Notes under the pieces: generated by a model | What the model was told of the DNA's origin: nothing | The model's input: only the letters and a program-made list of their open reading frames with translations | Databases searched by the model: none | Made by a program: the position numbers and the translations under genes | Shown here: positions 10,927-21,354 of the stretch, one piece after another | Layout of the letters: every line of letters begins with the position of its first letter | Numbering within the stretch: the stretch's first letter is position 1 | Assembly: GCA_021808525.1 (NCBI GenBank) | Contig: JAKBBK010000010.1 | Coordinates: 1,317-65,316, forward strand | Length of the DNA stretch: 64,000 nt | Origin: Pseudomonadota bacterium | GTDB taxonomy: Bacteria > Pseudomonadota > Gammaproteobacteria > Burkholderiales > Burkholderiaceae_C | Direction of reading: 5' to 3'

Positions 10927-12606
10927 TCAATCGTTCTCGCGGAATTCCAGATCGCGCACATCCGAGGCCTCGCGCCCGAGTTCGCGCCTGCGCAGCTCGA
11001 CACGCCGGATCTTGCCCGAGAGGGTCTTGGGCAGCTCGGCGAACTCGATCACGCGGATGCGCTTGTAGGGGGCCAGGCGCTCGCGCGCGAAGGCCAGGAT
11101 GTCCAGCGCCAGCTCGCGGCTGGGCTGCACCCCCGCGCGCAGCGCGACCACCGCCTTGGGCACCGCGGCGCGGATGGGGTCCGGCGCCGGCACCACCGCC
11201 GCCTCGGCCACCGCGTCATGCTCGATCAGCACGCTCTCCAGCTCGAAGGGGCTGATGCGGTAGTCCGAGGCCTTGAACACGTCGTCCGAGCGGCCCACGT
11301 AGCTGAGATAGCCCTCGGCGTCGCGACTGGCCACGTCGGAGGTGTGGTAGTTCCCGCCCCGGCAGGCCTCGGCCGTCTTGTCCGGCTGGCCCTCGTAGCC
11401 CAGCATCAGGCCCAGCGGGGCAGGATCCAGGCGCAACGAGACCTCGCCATCGTCGGCCGGCTGCTCGTCGGCATCCAGCAGCACCACCCGGTAGCCCGGC
11501 AGCGGGCGCCCCATCGAGCCGGGCTTGACCGGCTGCCCCGGGGTGTTGCCGATGATGGCCGTGGTCTCGGTCTGGCCGTAGCCGTCGCGGATGGTGATGC
11601 CCCAGGCGCGACGCACGCTCTCGATGACCTCGGGGTTGAGCGGTTCGCCGGCCCCCACCAGCTCGCGCAGCGCCACCTTCCAGCGCCCCAGGTCCTGCAG
11701 GATGAGCATGCGCCACACGGTGGGCGGCGCGCACAGCGAACTCACGCCGTGGGCCTGCAGGGCATCCAGCACGGCGCAGGCATCGAAACGCGCGTAGTTG
11801 AAGATGAACACCGTGGCCCCGGCGTTCCAGGGCGCGAAAAAACAACTCCAGGCATGCTTGGCCCAGCCCGGCGAGCTGATGTTCCAGTGCACGTCGCCGG
11901 GGCGCAGCCCGATCCAGTACATGGTCGACAAGTGACCCACCGGGTAGCTCTGGTGGCTGTGCAGCACCAGCTTGGGCCGCGAGGTGGTGCCGGAGGTGAA
12001 GTACAGCAGCAGCGGGTCCTCGGCTCGCGTCGGGCCGTCGGGCTCGAATTCGCTCGCCGCCTGCCTCGACGCTTCGTAGGACTGCCAGCCCGGTGCCTCG
12101 CCGCCGACCACGACCCGCGTGTAGGCGCCGTCGAAGGCCGCGAATCGCTGCACCGCGGAAGCGCTGCAGATCACGTGGCGCACGGCGCCGCGTTCGAAAC
12201 GGTCGCGCAGGTCGTCCACGCTGACCAGGGTGGTGGTGGGCACGATCACCGCGCCCAGCTTGATGCAGGCGAGCATGCATTCCCACAGCGCCACCTCGTT
12301 GGGCAGCAGCAGCAACACGCGGTCGCCGCGCCGCACGCCCAGGCCGCGCAACCAGTTGGCGGCCTGCGAGGAGCGCCGGGACATCTGCTCGAAACTCAGT
12401 TTGTCCTGGCGCCCGTCCTCGTCGACGATCCACAGCGCCGGCGTCTGGTTGCCGCGCGCCATGGGATCGAAGTAGTCCAGCGCCCAGTTGAAGTGATCCA
12501 GCCGCGGCCAGCGAAAGCCGGCGTAGGCGCTGTCGTAATCGCTGCGATGGCGCAGCAGGAAGTCCCGGGCCTGCAGGAAGGCCTGCGCGGACGCACTGTC
12601 GCTCAT
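10927..12606 (-). CDS. AMP-binding acyl-CoA synthetase (short/medium-chain or branched acid CoA ligase)
   Basis: YFTSGTTSRPK, GYGQTET, YVGRSDDVFKASDYRISPFELES, PKTLSGKIRR; start MSDSASAQAF. Confidence 0.9.
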   Translation of the reverse strand: MSDSASAQAFLQARDFLLRHRSDYDSAYAGFRWPRLDHFNWALDYFDPMARGNQTPALWIVDEDGRQDKLSFEQMSRRSSQAANWLRGLGVRRGDRVLLLLPNEVALWECMLACIKLGAVIVPTTTLVSVDDLRDRFERGAVRHVICSASAVQRFAAFDGAYTRVVVGGEAPGWQSYEASRQAASEFEPDGPTRAEDPLLLYFTSGTTSRPKLVLHSHQSYPVGHLSTMYWIGLRPGDVHWNISSPGWAKHAWSCFFAPWNAGATVFIFNYARFDACAVLDALQAHGVSSLCAPPTVWRMLILQDLGRWKVALRELVGAGEPLNPEVIESVRRAWGITIRDGYGQTETTAIIGNTPGQPVKPGSMGRPLPGYRVVLLDADEQPADDGEVSLRLDPAPLGLMLGYEGQPDKTAEACRGGNYHTSDVASRDAEGYLSYVGRSDDVFKASDYRISPFELESVLIEHDAVAEAAVVPAPDPIRAAVPKAVVALRAGVQPSRELALDILAFARERLAPYKRIRVIEFAELPKTLSGKIRRVELRRRELGREASDVRDLEFREND

Positions 12607-12767
12607 GGATGTCTCCTCGCCTCTTGTGGGGTTCATTGTGCTCATTTGCGAGCCTAGCGAGCTTTGATGCAGCGCAGGACCCAGGGGCAACCCTTGTTGC
12701 CAAGAGTTACGCGCCCGACCCAGAATCGTCCCGGACCACGATCCGTGGACTCTACGAGGCCCTAGCC

Positions 12768-14327
12768 ATGATCATGCCGGCGCGCAGCCAGACCCTGTTC
12801 GACCTGCTGGAGCGCAGCGCGGCGCGGCACCCGCAGCGCCTGGCCATCGCCTGCGGGGACACGCGCTGGAGCTACGCGCAGTTCGCCGACGTATGCGAGC
12901 GCCTGGCCCGCGGCCTGCATGCCCTGGGCGTGCAGCGGGGCAGCCACGTGGCGCTGCTGTCGCGCAACTCCCACGCCTTCGCGGCCATGCGTTTCGCGCT
13001 GGCCCGCCTGGGCGCGGTGCTGGTGCCGGTGAACTTCATGCTGGGCCCGGCCGAGGCCGGCTTCATCCTGCGCCATTCCGAATCCATGCTGCTGGCCAGT
13101 GACAGCGAGTTCGCGCCGGTGGCGCGCGAGGCCGCGCGGGCCAGCTCGGTGCGCCATTTCGTGTGGCTGGAGTCCGAGCGCGCCACCCAGCCCGCGCAGG
13201 GCATGATCGACTGGACCGAGTTGCTGCGGGTGCAGGGCGAGGCGCCCCAGCCGGCGCTGCAGGGCTCGGAGGCCGCGCAGATCGTCTACACCAGCGGCAC
13301 CGAGTCGGCCCCCAAGGGCGCCGTGCTCAGCCACGAGGCTCTGCTGTGGGAATACGTCAGCTGCGTGGTCGGCGCCGACATCGACTCCGAGGACCTGTTG
13401 CTGCACGCGCTGCCGCTGTTCCACTGCGCGCAGCTCGACGTGTTCCTCGGCCCGGCGGTCTATGTGGGCGCCAGCAACGTGATCACCGCCCAGCCCTCGC
13501 CCCAGGGCCTGCTGGCGCTGATCGGACAGCATCGCATCAGCTCGTTTTTCGCGCCGCCCACGGTGTGGATCGGGCTGCTGCGCTGCCCCGACTTCGACAC
13601 CACCGACCTGGGCAGCCTGCGCAAGGGCTACTACGGAGCGTCGATCATGCCGGTGCAGGTGTTGCGCGAACTGGCGCAACGCCTGCCCCGGGTGCGGCTG
13701 TGGAACCTGTACGGGCAGACCGAGATCGCGCCCCTGGCCACCCTGCTGCAACCCGAGGACCAGTTGCGCAAGCCCGGCTCGGCGGGGCGCGCGGCGCTGA
13801 ACGTGCGCACCCGCGTGGTGGACGAGCAGATGCGCGACGTGGCGCCCGGCGAGGTGGGCGAGATCGTGCATCGCTCGCCGCAGCTGATGAGCGGGTATTT
13901 CCGCGACCAGGCGAAGACCGAGCAGGCCTTCGAAGGAGGCTGGTTCCACTCCGGCGACCTCGGCAGCCTGGATGCGCAGGGCTACCTGTACGTGGTCGAC
14001 CGCAAGAAGGACATGATCAAGACCGGCGGCGAGAACGTGGCCAGCCGCGAGGTCGAGGAATGCATCTACCTGCTGCCGCAGGTCAGCGAGGCCGCGGTGG
14101 TGGCGCTGCCGCATCCGCGCTGGATCGAGGCCGTCACCGCCTTCGTCGTGCTCAAGTCCGGCCAGCAGCTCGACGAGGCCGCGCTGATCGCGCATTGCGA
14201 GAGCGCGCTGGCGCATTTCAAGGCGCCGAAAAAGGTGGTGTTCCTGGACGCGCTGCCCAAGAACCCCAGCGGCAAGCTGCTCAAGCGCCGCCTGCGCGAC
14301 GACTACGCCGCGCTGTACCAGGCCTGA
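12768..14327 (+). CDS. Fatty acyl-CoA synthetase (FadD-like AMP-binding enzyme)
   Basis: YTSGTESAPKG, LYGQTE, GWFHSGDLG, DRKKDMIKTGGENV, PKNPSGKLLKR. Confidence 0.9.
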   Translation: MIMPARSQTLFDLLERSAARHPQRLAIACGDTRWSYAQFADVCERLARGLHALGVQRGSHVALLSRNSHAFAAMRFALARLGAVLVPVNFMLGPAEAGFILRHSESMLLASDSEFAPVAREAARASSVRHFVWLESERATQPAQGMIDWTELLRVQGEAPQPALQGSEAAQIVYTSGTESAPKGAVLSHEALLWEYVSCVVGADIDSEDLLLHALPLFHCAQLDVFLGPAVYVGASNVITAQPSPQGLLALIGQHRISSFFAPPTVWIGLLRCPDFDTTDLGSLRKGYYGASIMPVQVLRELAQRLPRVRLWNLYGQTEIAPLATLLQPEDQLRKPGSAGRAALNVRTRVVDEQMRDVAPGEVGEIVHRSPQLMSGYFRDQAKTEQAFEGGWFHSGDLGSLDAQGYLYVVDRKKDMIKTGGENVASREVEECIYLLPQVSEAAVVALPHPRWIEAVTAFVVLKSGQQLDEAALIAHCESALAHFKAPKKVVFLDALPKNPSGKLLKRRLRDDYAALYQA

Positions 14328-14355
14328 GTGCGCACCCCGCGCCGGCCCCGCCGGC

Positions 14356-15744
14356 TCAGGGCCAGCGCGCCGGGGAACTTCCGAGCTCGGCCGCGGGCAG
14401 TTCCCAGCGCGTGTCCACGCCCTCGATGCGCCAGGGCGCGCGAAGGCGCCGCGCCGGCCCCCAGGGGGTGCGCTCCACCGCCGGCTCCAGGTCGACCTCG
14501 CCTTGCGCAGCGTGGGCCGCCCGCGGCTCGGGGGTCGGGCTGTCGAGCAGCAGCTCGGCGCTGCGCGCCAGCGACAGGCGCGCACGCATCGCGCCGCCGC
14601 CCTGCGCGCGCAGGCTCAGCCCGCGCATCACGGCGGCCGCCATGAGATAGCCGGTGGCGTGGTCCAGGGCCTGCACCGGCAGGGGCAGCGGCCGGCTCGC
14701 CCCGGCCTGGCGCATGCCGGCCTCGGCGATGCCGCAGCTCATCTGCACCAGGCTGTCGAAACCCCGCCTCGCCGCCCAGGGGCCGGCCCAGCCATAGGCG
14801 TCCAGGCAGACGTCGATCAGGCCGGCGCGCAGGCCCTGGCGGGCCGCCGCGCCCAGGCCCAGGGATTCCAGCGCTCCCGGACGCAGGCCATGCACGAACA
14901 CGTCGGCGTCGCCCAGCAGATGGATGAAGGTCTCCAGGCCCTGCGGGGTCTTCAGGTCCAGCCGGGCGCAGCGCTTGCCCCGCGTGACGTCGGGGACCAC
15001 GCCCGGCTCCTCCCATTGCGGCGCATCGATGCGCAGCACCGTGGCGCCCAGACCGGCCAGCACGCGGGTGGATACGGGGCCGGCCAGCACGCGGGTCAGG
15101 TCCAGCACGCGCAGGCCCTGCAGCGGCCTGCCCGCAACGGGGGCCCAGGCCAGCGGCGGCGCCGGCACCGACTCGCGCAGCACCAGAGGCTGCGCGCGCA
15201 ACGCGGCTCCCTGCGGGTGCGCGCGCCAGGCCGCGGTCTCGCGCATCCAGGCGGCGCAGCCCCCGGCCTCCACCACGGCCTGCTCCAGCCGAGCGCCCTG
15301 CCAGGGCGCCACCTGCGGCGTGGCGCGCGATGCGTCGGCACCGGCATCCAGGCCGAGCACGCGACAGGCCGCCTCGCGATGATGCGGCGCGTTGCAATGC
15401 AGACGGATCCAGCCGTCGGCGCAGGCGTAGTCGCCGGTGAGCGAATCGCGCGCCGGGGGCGGCATCCAGCCCTGGGGGCGCAGCGACGCGCCGAACCACA
15501 ACGCGGCCAGCCGGCGATCCACCTCCACGCCCGCGCCAGCTCCGCCGCGCCGGCCGCTGGCCAGGGCCTGCAACTCATCAGCCGCCAGCGCCGCGCAGGC
15601 GACGGAAGCCGCCGCGAAATCACTGACCGCGAAGGCCCCGGGCAGCGCGCCCTCGCCCACCAGGCGCAGGCGCCCCAGGCGCGCGGGATCGCCGCCCAGC
15701 GCCGCCCACATCTGCGCACTCAGCGCGCGCGCCACGGGAAACAT
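14356..15744 (-). CDS. Family III (CaiB/BaiF) CoA-transferase, long form
   Basis: LQGLRVLDLTRVLAGPVSTRVLAGLGATVLRID, RRGFDSLVQMSCG. Confidence 0.85.
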   Translation of the reverse strand: MFPVARALSAQMWAALGGDPARLGRLRLVGEGALPGAFAVSDFAAASVACAALAADELQALASGRRGGAGAGVEVDRRLAALWFGASLRPQGWMPPPARDSLTGDYACADGWIRLHCNAPHHREAACRVLGLDAGADASRATPQVAPWQGARLEQAVVEAGGCAAWMRETAAWRAHPQGAALRAQPLVLRESVPAPPLAWAPVAGRPLQGLRVLDLTRVLAGPVSTRVLAGLGATVLRIDAPQWEEPGVVPDVTRGKRCARLDLKTPQGLETFIHLLGDADVFVHGLRPGALESLGLGAAARQGLRAGLIDVCLDAYGWAGPWAARRGFDSLVQMSCGIAEAGMRQAGASRPLPLPVQALDHATGYLMAAAVMRGLSLRAQGGGAMRARLSLARSAELLLDSPTPEPRAAHAAQGEVDLEPAVERTPWGPARRLRAPWRIEGVDTRWELPAAELGSSPARWP

Positions 15745-15766
15745 CGCCAGGGCCTGCGCTGCGCGC

Positions 15767-17080
15767 TCAGGCCTCCAGGTCGACGCCCTTGGTTTCCGGC
15801 GTGGCCAGGATGGCCAGGATGGCCAGCACCGCGTAGACCATCACGAACATGCCGATGTACAGCCAGGCCTTGTGGATGCCGTAGGCATGCAGGATCAGGC
15901 CGGCGACGATGGGGATCAGACCGCCGCCGTAGACCTGCGACACCTGGTAGCCGGCGCTGGCCCCCGAGGCGCGGTAGCGGGTGGGAAAGTTCTCCGTGTA
16001 GAAGGTCGGGATGGCGCCGTAGCCGAAGCCGAACACGAAGCCGAAGCCGACCACCTCGGCCAGCACCGCCAGGGCGAAATCATGGGTGTTGAGCAGGTAG
16101 AAGTAGGGAATCGCCCACACCAGGAACACCACCGCCGACACCAGCAGCACGGTGCGCCGGTTGATGCGGTCGGCCAGCTTGGCGCCGATGACCATGAACA
16201 CCAGCATCGAGGCGGCGGCGATCAGGCCCACCGTCTCGGCCTGGGTGCCCGTGAAACCCACGGCCTTCATGTAGCCGGTGCCGAACACGAAACTGAGAAA
16301 GAAGGCGCCGCCGAACATGGCATTGACCAGCGAGGTGCGCAGGATGCGCAGGGGCATTTCCTTCCAGACCTGCGCGGCCGGGCTGGACAGGGTCTGGCGG
16401 TCCTTCTGGAAGCGCTCGAACACGAAACTGTCCATGGACCGCGCGCGGATCACGATGCCCACGATGGCCACCGCGAAACCGATGAAAAAGAAGATGCGCC
16501 AGCCCCAGGCCACGAACTCGGCCGGCGCCATCGACGAGCGCACGATGATCACCGAGCCGAAGCCCAGCAGCAGCCCGATGGGGATCGCGAAGCCCACCCA
16601 GGCCCCCCAGAAGGCACGGTTGGAGCTCTTGGCGGCCTGTTCGACCACCCAGGTCGAGGCGGTTCCGAACTCCGCGCCGAAGCTGATGCCCTGCGCCAGC
16701 CGGAACACGATCAGCAGCACCGGCGCGGCCACCCCGATGGAGTCGTAGGTCGGGGTCAGCCCGATGAGCAGGGTGCTCACCCCCATGAGCAACAGCGCCC
16801 AGACCATGGCGTCCTTGCGGCCGCGGCGGTCGGCGATGTTGCCGAAGATGAAGGCCCCCACCGGACGGATCACGATGCCCAGGCCGTAGACGGCGATCGC
16901 GGCGGATACCGCCGCCAGGCTGGGCAGCTTGAAGAACACGCCCCCCCAGACCGTGGCGGCGATGATCCCGGTGACCAGGAAGTCGTACTGCTCGATCACG
17001 GAACCGATGATGCTTGCCAGCGCCACCCGATAGATGTCGTCCCGGGAAGGCGTGGCCACGTCTGTTGCGCTTGTTGTCAT
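15767..17080 (-). CDS. MFS transporter (metabolite:H+ symporter-like)
   Basis: IGSVIEQYDF, FGNIADRRGRK (motif A), RLAQGISFGAEFG, ENFPTRYRASG; many hydrophobic helices. Confidence 0.9.
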   Translation of the reverse strand: MTTSATDVATPSRDDIYRVALASIIGSVIEQYDFLVTGIIAATVWGGVFFKLPSLAAVSAAIAVYGLGIVIRPVGAFIFGNIADRRGRKDAMVWALLLMGVSTLLIGLTPTYDSIGVAAPVLLIVFRLAQGISFGAEFGTASTWVVEQAAKSSNRAFWGAWVGFAIPIGLLLGFGSVIIVRSSMAPAEFVAWGWRIFFFIGFAVAIVGIVIRARSMDSFVFERFQKDRQTLSSPAAQVWKEMPLRILRTSLVNAMFGGAFFLSFVFGTGYMKAVGFTGTQAETVGLIAAASMLVFMVIGAKLADRINRRTVLLVSAVVFLVWAIPYFYLLNTHDFALAVLAEVVGFGFVFGFGYGAIPTFYTENFPTRYRASGASAGYQVSQVYGGGLIPIVAGLILHAYGIHKAWLYIGMFVMVYAVLAILAILATPETKGVDLEA

Positions 17081-17207
17081 GAAAGGTCTCCGATCGGCTT
17101 TGCGCCGCTTGTGGGGATGTTCGAGGGTCGCTTGGGGACGACTCTTCCGGCTTGTGCCGCGCGCCCTGCGCGCGGGCTGCGCACGGCCGTGGGCGAGATC
17201 GAGGGGA

Positions 17208-18365
17208 TCATTCCTCCGACAGTTCCAGACTGCCGGGCCGGCGACGCTCGACGGCCCAGCGCAACAGGGCCGCCGCGCGCAGGGGCGCATGCGCGAACTT
17301 GCCGTAGGGCAGGGTCAGGAACAGGGCCATCACCGCCCCCAGGTGCAGGGCCAGCAGCGAGGGCATGGCCGGGCCGGCCCGCCACGCCGCCAGCGCCAGG
17401 CCGCTGAGCGCCACCGCCAGCAGCAAGGCGATGAAACCCAGGTCCATGGGTCGCTGCGCCGGGTCGCCCTGCAGCGGGTGGCGACGCAGGTTCAGGCCCA
17501 GCAGGCCCGTGCAGCCCAGCACCATCAGCACGCCGCCGGCCAGGCCCAGCAGCACGGGCAGGCTGGTGTAGGCGTAGGGCGCCTCCCGGTGCGAAAGGTA
17601 GTGGTAGACGGTGGCCACCGAGGTGGCCGCGAAACACAGCCCGAATCCGTAGAAGGTGGCCTGGTGGAAATGCCGGCGCGCCAGCGAGAAGGCGTCGTCC
17701 TCGTTGTTGCAGCCCTCGCCGTGGCCGCCGCCCAGGTAGCGCAGGGTGGCCACCGCGCCGGCGGCCTCGCCCAGCGCCGCCGGGCCCGGCGCGCCCGGCT
17801 CGAGTTCGCGCCAGAAGCGCAGCACGCCCAGGCCCAGCGCGAGCAGCGCCCAGGCGAAGGCCAGGGTGAACACCCAGGCCAGCAGGCCGTGGGGGAACAC
17901 GGTGTAGAAGTCCGCGCCCGCAGGCGCACTGACCAGCGTGCCGCGCAGGGCCAGCGCCAGCAGCGCGAAACCGGAAGTGCCCCCGGCCAGGGCCAGGGCC
18001 ACGACCAGGCCGTTGCGCTCGTACAGGGTTCCGAGCGCAGGCGGCCAGGCCAGGCGCGCATAGCTGCGCAGGCGCACCCTCGCCAGGGTGCGCGGCACGT
18101 TCACCGCGAACTCGTGCGGCGGTGCGTACTGGCAGGCATGCAGGCAGGCGCCGCAGTTGTGGCACAGGTTGGCCAGGTAGTCCACGTCGGAGGCGTCGAA
18201 CTGCAGGCGCCGGGTCATCGCCGGGAACACCGCGCAAAAGCCCTCGCAATAGCGGCAGGCGTTGCAGATCTGCAGGATGCGCGAAGCCTCCTCCACCGCA
18301 TCCACGTGCTCGTGCCCGCCGGCCTCGGCGCGCGCCTGCAGCACCAGTTGCTCAAGCTGCCGCAT
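17208..18365 (-). CDS. tcuB: Tricarballylate utilization Fe-S membrane protein TcuB
   Basis: [12 protein letters not shown] and [23 protein letters not shown], then membrane helices and [11 protein letters not shown]. Confidence 0.9.
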   Translation of the reverse strand: MRQLEQLVLQARAEAGGHEHVDAVEEASRILQICNACRYCEGFCAVFPAMTRRLQFDASDVDYLANLCHNCGACLHACQYAPPHEFAVNVPRTLARVRLRSYARLAWPPALGTLYERNGLVVALALAGGTSGFALLALALRGTLVSAPAGADFYTVFPHGLLAWVFTLAFAWALLALGLGVLRFWRELEPGAPGPAALGEAAGAVATLRYLGGGHGEGCNNEDDAFSLARRHFHQATFYGFGLCFAATSVATVYHYLSHREAPYAYTSLPVLLGLAGGVLMVLGCTGLLGLNLRRHPLQGDPAQRPMDLGFIALLLAVALSGLALAAWRAGPAMPSLLALHLGAVMALFLTLPYGKFAHAPLRAAALLRWAVERRRPGSLELSEE

Positions 18366-19755
18366 GCCGCGCCTGCCCAAGCGCCGACCGGGCCGCGCGC
18401 TGGCCCGCGATGCGCCCGAAGGCGGTGCCGATGCTCATGCCCACGCCGGCCGTGTAGCCCCGCCCCAGCACATTGCCGGCCATCATCTCGCCAGCCACGT
18501 ACAGGTTCGGGCTGGGACGGTCGCCGAAGCGCACGGCGGCCGTCTCGTCGGTGCGCAGGCCGAGGTAGGTGAAGGTCACGCCCGGACGCAGCGCATAGGC
18601 GGTGAAGGGAGCCTTGTCGATGGGTAGCGCCCAGTGGCTCTTGGCCGGAGACAGCCCTTCGGTGCGACAGTCGTCGAGCCGGGTATGGTCGAAGCTGCCC
18701 GGGCGGCAGGCGGCGTTGTAGGCGTGCAGGGTAGCCAGCAGCTCCTGCTCGGGCAGGCCCAGCGCGCGCGCCAGTTCGGGCAGGGTCTGCGCCCGCGTGC
18801 CCGGGAACACCGGGGGCATGAAGCGCCCGACGGCCTTGGCGTCGATGATGGACCAGGCCGTCTGGCCGGGCTGCTGCGCCACCAGGCGGCCCCAGATGGC
18901 ATAGCGCTTGGGCCAGAAATCCTCGCCTTCGTCGTAGAAGCGCTGCGCGTCGCGGTTCACCACCACCCCCAGGGACACGCAGTCGATGCGGGTGCAGATG
19001 CCGCCGTCGTACAGCGGCGCACGCGCGTCGATGGCCACCATGTGCGCCTGGGTCGGGTCTCCGACGGAGTCGGCGCCGGCGTCGAGCATGAAGCGCAGCA
19101 GCACGCCGGTGTTGAAACGCGTGCCGCGGATCAGGAACTGGTCCGAGGGGTATTCGCCGCGCTCGTTGCGCCCCCAGGCCTCGCGCAGCCATTCGCGGTT
19201 GGATTCGAATCCACCGGCGGCCAGCACGCAGCTTCGCGCGGCGATGCGCTCGCCGCCCACCCAGGCCGCGAGAAAACGTTCGCCCTCGAGCTCGATGCGC
19301 GTGACCGGCGCCTCGTAACGAACCTGCACGCCCAGGGTCTCGGCGCTGCGGTAGTAGGCGTTCACCAGGGCCTTGCCCCCGCCCATGAAAAAGGCATTGG
19401 TGCGCGCGGTGTGCAAGGCACCCGACAGCGAAGGCTGGAAGTGCACTCCGTGGCGCCGCATCCAGGGCCGCACGGTGGACGAGTCACGGATGACCAGGCG
19501 CGCCAGGGCCTCGTCGGTCTGCCCGGCGGTGACCTTGAGCAGGTCCTGCCAGAATTCCTCCTCGGGGTAGGCGTCGAGCAGCACGTCCTGCGGCGCGTCA
19601 TGCATGCAGCGAAGATTGCGCGTGTGCTGGGAATTGCCGCCGCGCCATGCGCGCGGCGAGGCCTCCAGCATCAGCACCGTGGCGCCCGCCTCGCGCGCGG
19701 TCAGCGCCGCGCACAGGGCTGCGTTGCCGCCTCCGATCACGAGCACGTCGACCAT
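18352..19755 (-). CDS. tcuA: FAD-dependent tricarballylate dehydrogenase TcuA
   Basis: [17 protein letters not shown] motif, [38 protein letters not shown]; overlaps the tcuB start. Confidence 0.9.
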   Translation of the reverse strand: MVDVLVIGGGNAALCAALTAREAGATVLMLEASPRAWRGGNSQHTRNLRCMHDAPQDVLLDAYPEEEFWQDLLKVTAGQTDEALARLVIRDSSTVRPWMRRHGVHFQPSLSGALHTARTNAFFMGGGKALVNAYYRSAETLGVQVRYEAPVTRIELEGERFLAAWVGGERIAARSCVLAAGGFESNREWLREAWGRNERGEYPSDQFLIRGTRFNTGVLLRFMLDAGADSVGDPTQAHMVAIDARAPLYDGGICTRIDCVSLGVVVNRDAQRFYDEGEDFWPKRYAIWGRLVAQQPGQTAWSIIDAKAVGRFMPPVFPGTRAQTLPELARALGLPEQELLATLHAYNAACRPGSFDHTRLDDCRTEGLSPAKSHWALPIDKAPFTAYALRPGVTFTYLGLRTDETAAVRFGDRPSPNLYVAGEMMAGNVLGRGYTAGVGMSIGTAFGRIAGQRAARSALGQARHAAA

Positions 19756-19980
19756 CCGCGCCCTCCCCCGCGAGGATCCCGAGGCCCCAAGCATAGACCA
19801 GGCCGTGCCCACAACGCGAGGGGAAATTCGTGAAATTTTGGGCATTGCACGACACTTTGCGGCCCCGAGGGCTCGACGCTCGCCTCGGCAAGCTGCGACA
19901 CTGCGTGTGGGCGGATCACGGCCCGGGAGTCAGGGCGCGGGCCCGATGCGTCGGCACATGTCCTGGGAAGGAACGACAAC

Positions 19981-21216
19981 ATGTTGAAGAAGATTCCAGC
20001 CGAGCTCGCACGGCCAGGAATGTTCATCCAGAAATTCGAGGGCCCGTGGCTTGCGCACCCCTTCTGGCGCAGCTCCTTCTTGCTGGAAGATCCGGAGGAT
20101 CTGCGCAAGATCCTGGATTCAGGCATTCCCGAGCTGTGGATCGATACCGACAGGGGAATGGACCTGCCCGAGGCGCGCCAGCCAGGGCAGGCGCCGGCGC
20201 CTCGGGAGCCCGAGCCGCCTCGGCCGGCCTCTTGCGGATCGACTCCGGAGCCCGCGCTCGCGGCGCCCCAGCCCAGCCGGGTGGACATGGCCGCGGAGCT
20301 GGGACGCGCCCGCAAGTTGTATGAAGACTCCAGGGTGAGGATGCGGGCGCTGTTCGCCGAGGCCAGGCTCGGGCGCGCCATCGACCCCCAGATGGCCGGC
20401 ACCCTGGTCGAGGACATCGCCGCCTCGCTGCAGCGCAACCCCTGGGCCCTGATCAGCGTGGCGCGGCTCAAGACCAGCGACGAGTACACCTACATGCACT
20501 CGGTGGCGGTCTGCGCGCTGATGATCGCGCTGGGCCGCCAGCTGGGACTTGCGGACGAGCAGGTTCGCGAGGCCGGAACGGCCGGCCTGCTGCACGACCT
20601 GGGCAAGGCGCGCATCCCGCCGGACATCCTGAACAAGCCCGGCAAGCTCAGCGAGCGCGAATTCGCCGTCATGAAGACCCACCCCCGTCACGGCTGGGAC
20701 ATGCTGCGCCAGGTGCGCGGCATGGGCGAGGCCGCGCTGGACGTGTGCCTGCATCACCACGAGAAGATGGACGGCAGCGGCTACCCCGACGGCCTGGCCG
20801 GCGACGCCATCTCCCTGGTCGCGCGCATGGGCGCGGTATGCGACGTCTACGATGCCGTCACGTCCAACCGCCCCTACAAGAAGGGCTGGGACCCGGCGGA
20901 GTCGCTGCGCAACATGGCCCGCTGGACCGGCTCGCACCTGGATCCGAGGGTCTTCGCCGCCTTCGTCAAAAGCGTGGGCATCTATCCCGTGGGCAGCCTG
21001 GTGCGCCTGGAGTCGGGGCTGATGGGCGTGGTGGTCGAACAGGGCGAGTCCTCGCTGCTGACACCGCGGGTGCGCGGCTTCTTCTCGGCGAAGACCCGCG
21101 CCTATGTGCAACCGACCCTGGTCGACCTGGCCCGGCCGGGCTGCCAGGACCGGATCGCCGGCCCCGAGAACCCGGCGGACTGGGGCATCACCGACGCCGA
21201 CACGTATTGGCAGTAG
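19981..21216 (+). CDS. HD-GYP c-di-GMP phosphodiesterase with N-terminal DUF3391-like region
   Basis: HSVAV, LLHDLGK, HHEKMDGSGYP, DVYDAVTSNRPYK all intact. Confidence 0.9.
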   Translation: MLKKIPAELARPGMFIQKFEGPWLAHPFWRSSFLLEDPEDLRKILDSGIPELWIDTDRGMDLPEARQPGQAPAPREPEPPRPASCGSTPEPALAAPQPSRVDMAAELGRARKLYEDSRVRMRALFAEARLGRAIDPQMAGTLVEDIAASLQRNPWALISVARLKTSDEYTYMHSVAVCALMIALGRQLGLADEQVREAGTAGLLHDLGKARIPPDILNKPGKLSEREFAVMKTHPRHGWDMLRQVRGMGEAALDVCLHHHEKMDGSGYPDGLAGDAISLVARMGAVCDVYDAVTSNRPYKKGWDPAESLRNMARWTGSHLDPRVFAAFVKSVGIYPVGSLVRLESGLMGVVVEQGESSLLTPRVRGFFSAKTRAYVQPTLVDLARPGCQDRIAGPENPADWGITDADTYWQ

Positions 21217-21354
21217 CCGGTAGTCACCGGCAGCAGACCTGAACGTGACAAGACATTGCACGACCCGGCGAGTTCCAGGTCGGGATATCCGTGATTCATC
21301 GCCTTGGCGCTTGCGCTACGCTTGCGCAAGGCTCGGGCTGGGAGGACATGGCAC

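Noticed and set aside
17788-17800. 13-bp direct match (GGCGCGCCCGGCT) to the tRNA-Arg 3' end as a possible distal att site, which would enlarge the island to ~8.6 kb
   Set aside because: It lies in the middle of an intact tcuB reading frame, is almost all G/C in a very GC-rich genome, and has no compositional break at that point.
19756-21354. c-di-GMP riboswitch upstream of the phosphodiesterase genes
   Set aside because: No GEMM-type GCAAA/GNRA tetraloop-receptor architecture was recognisable by eye; an Infernal/Rfam scan would be needed to exclude it fully.
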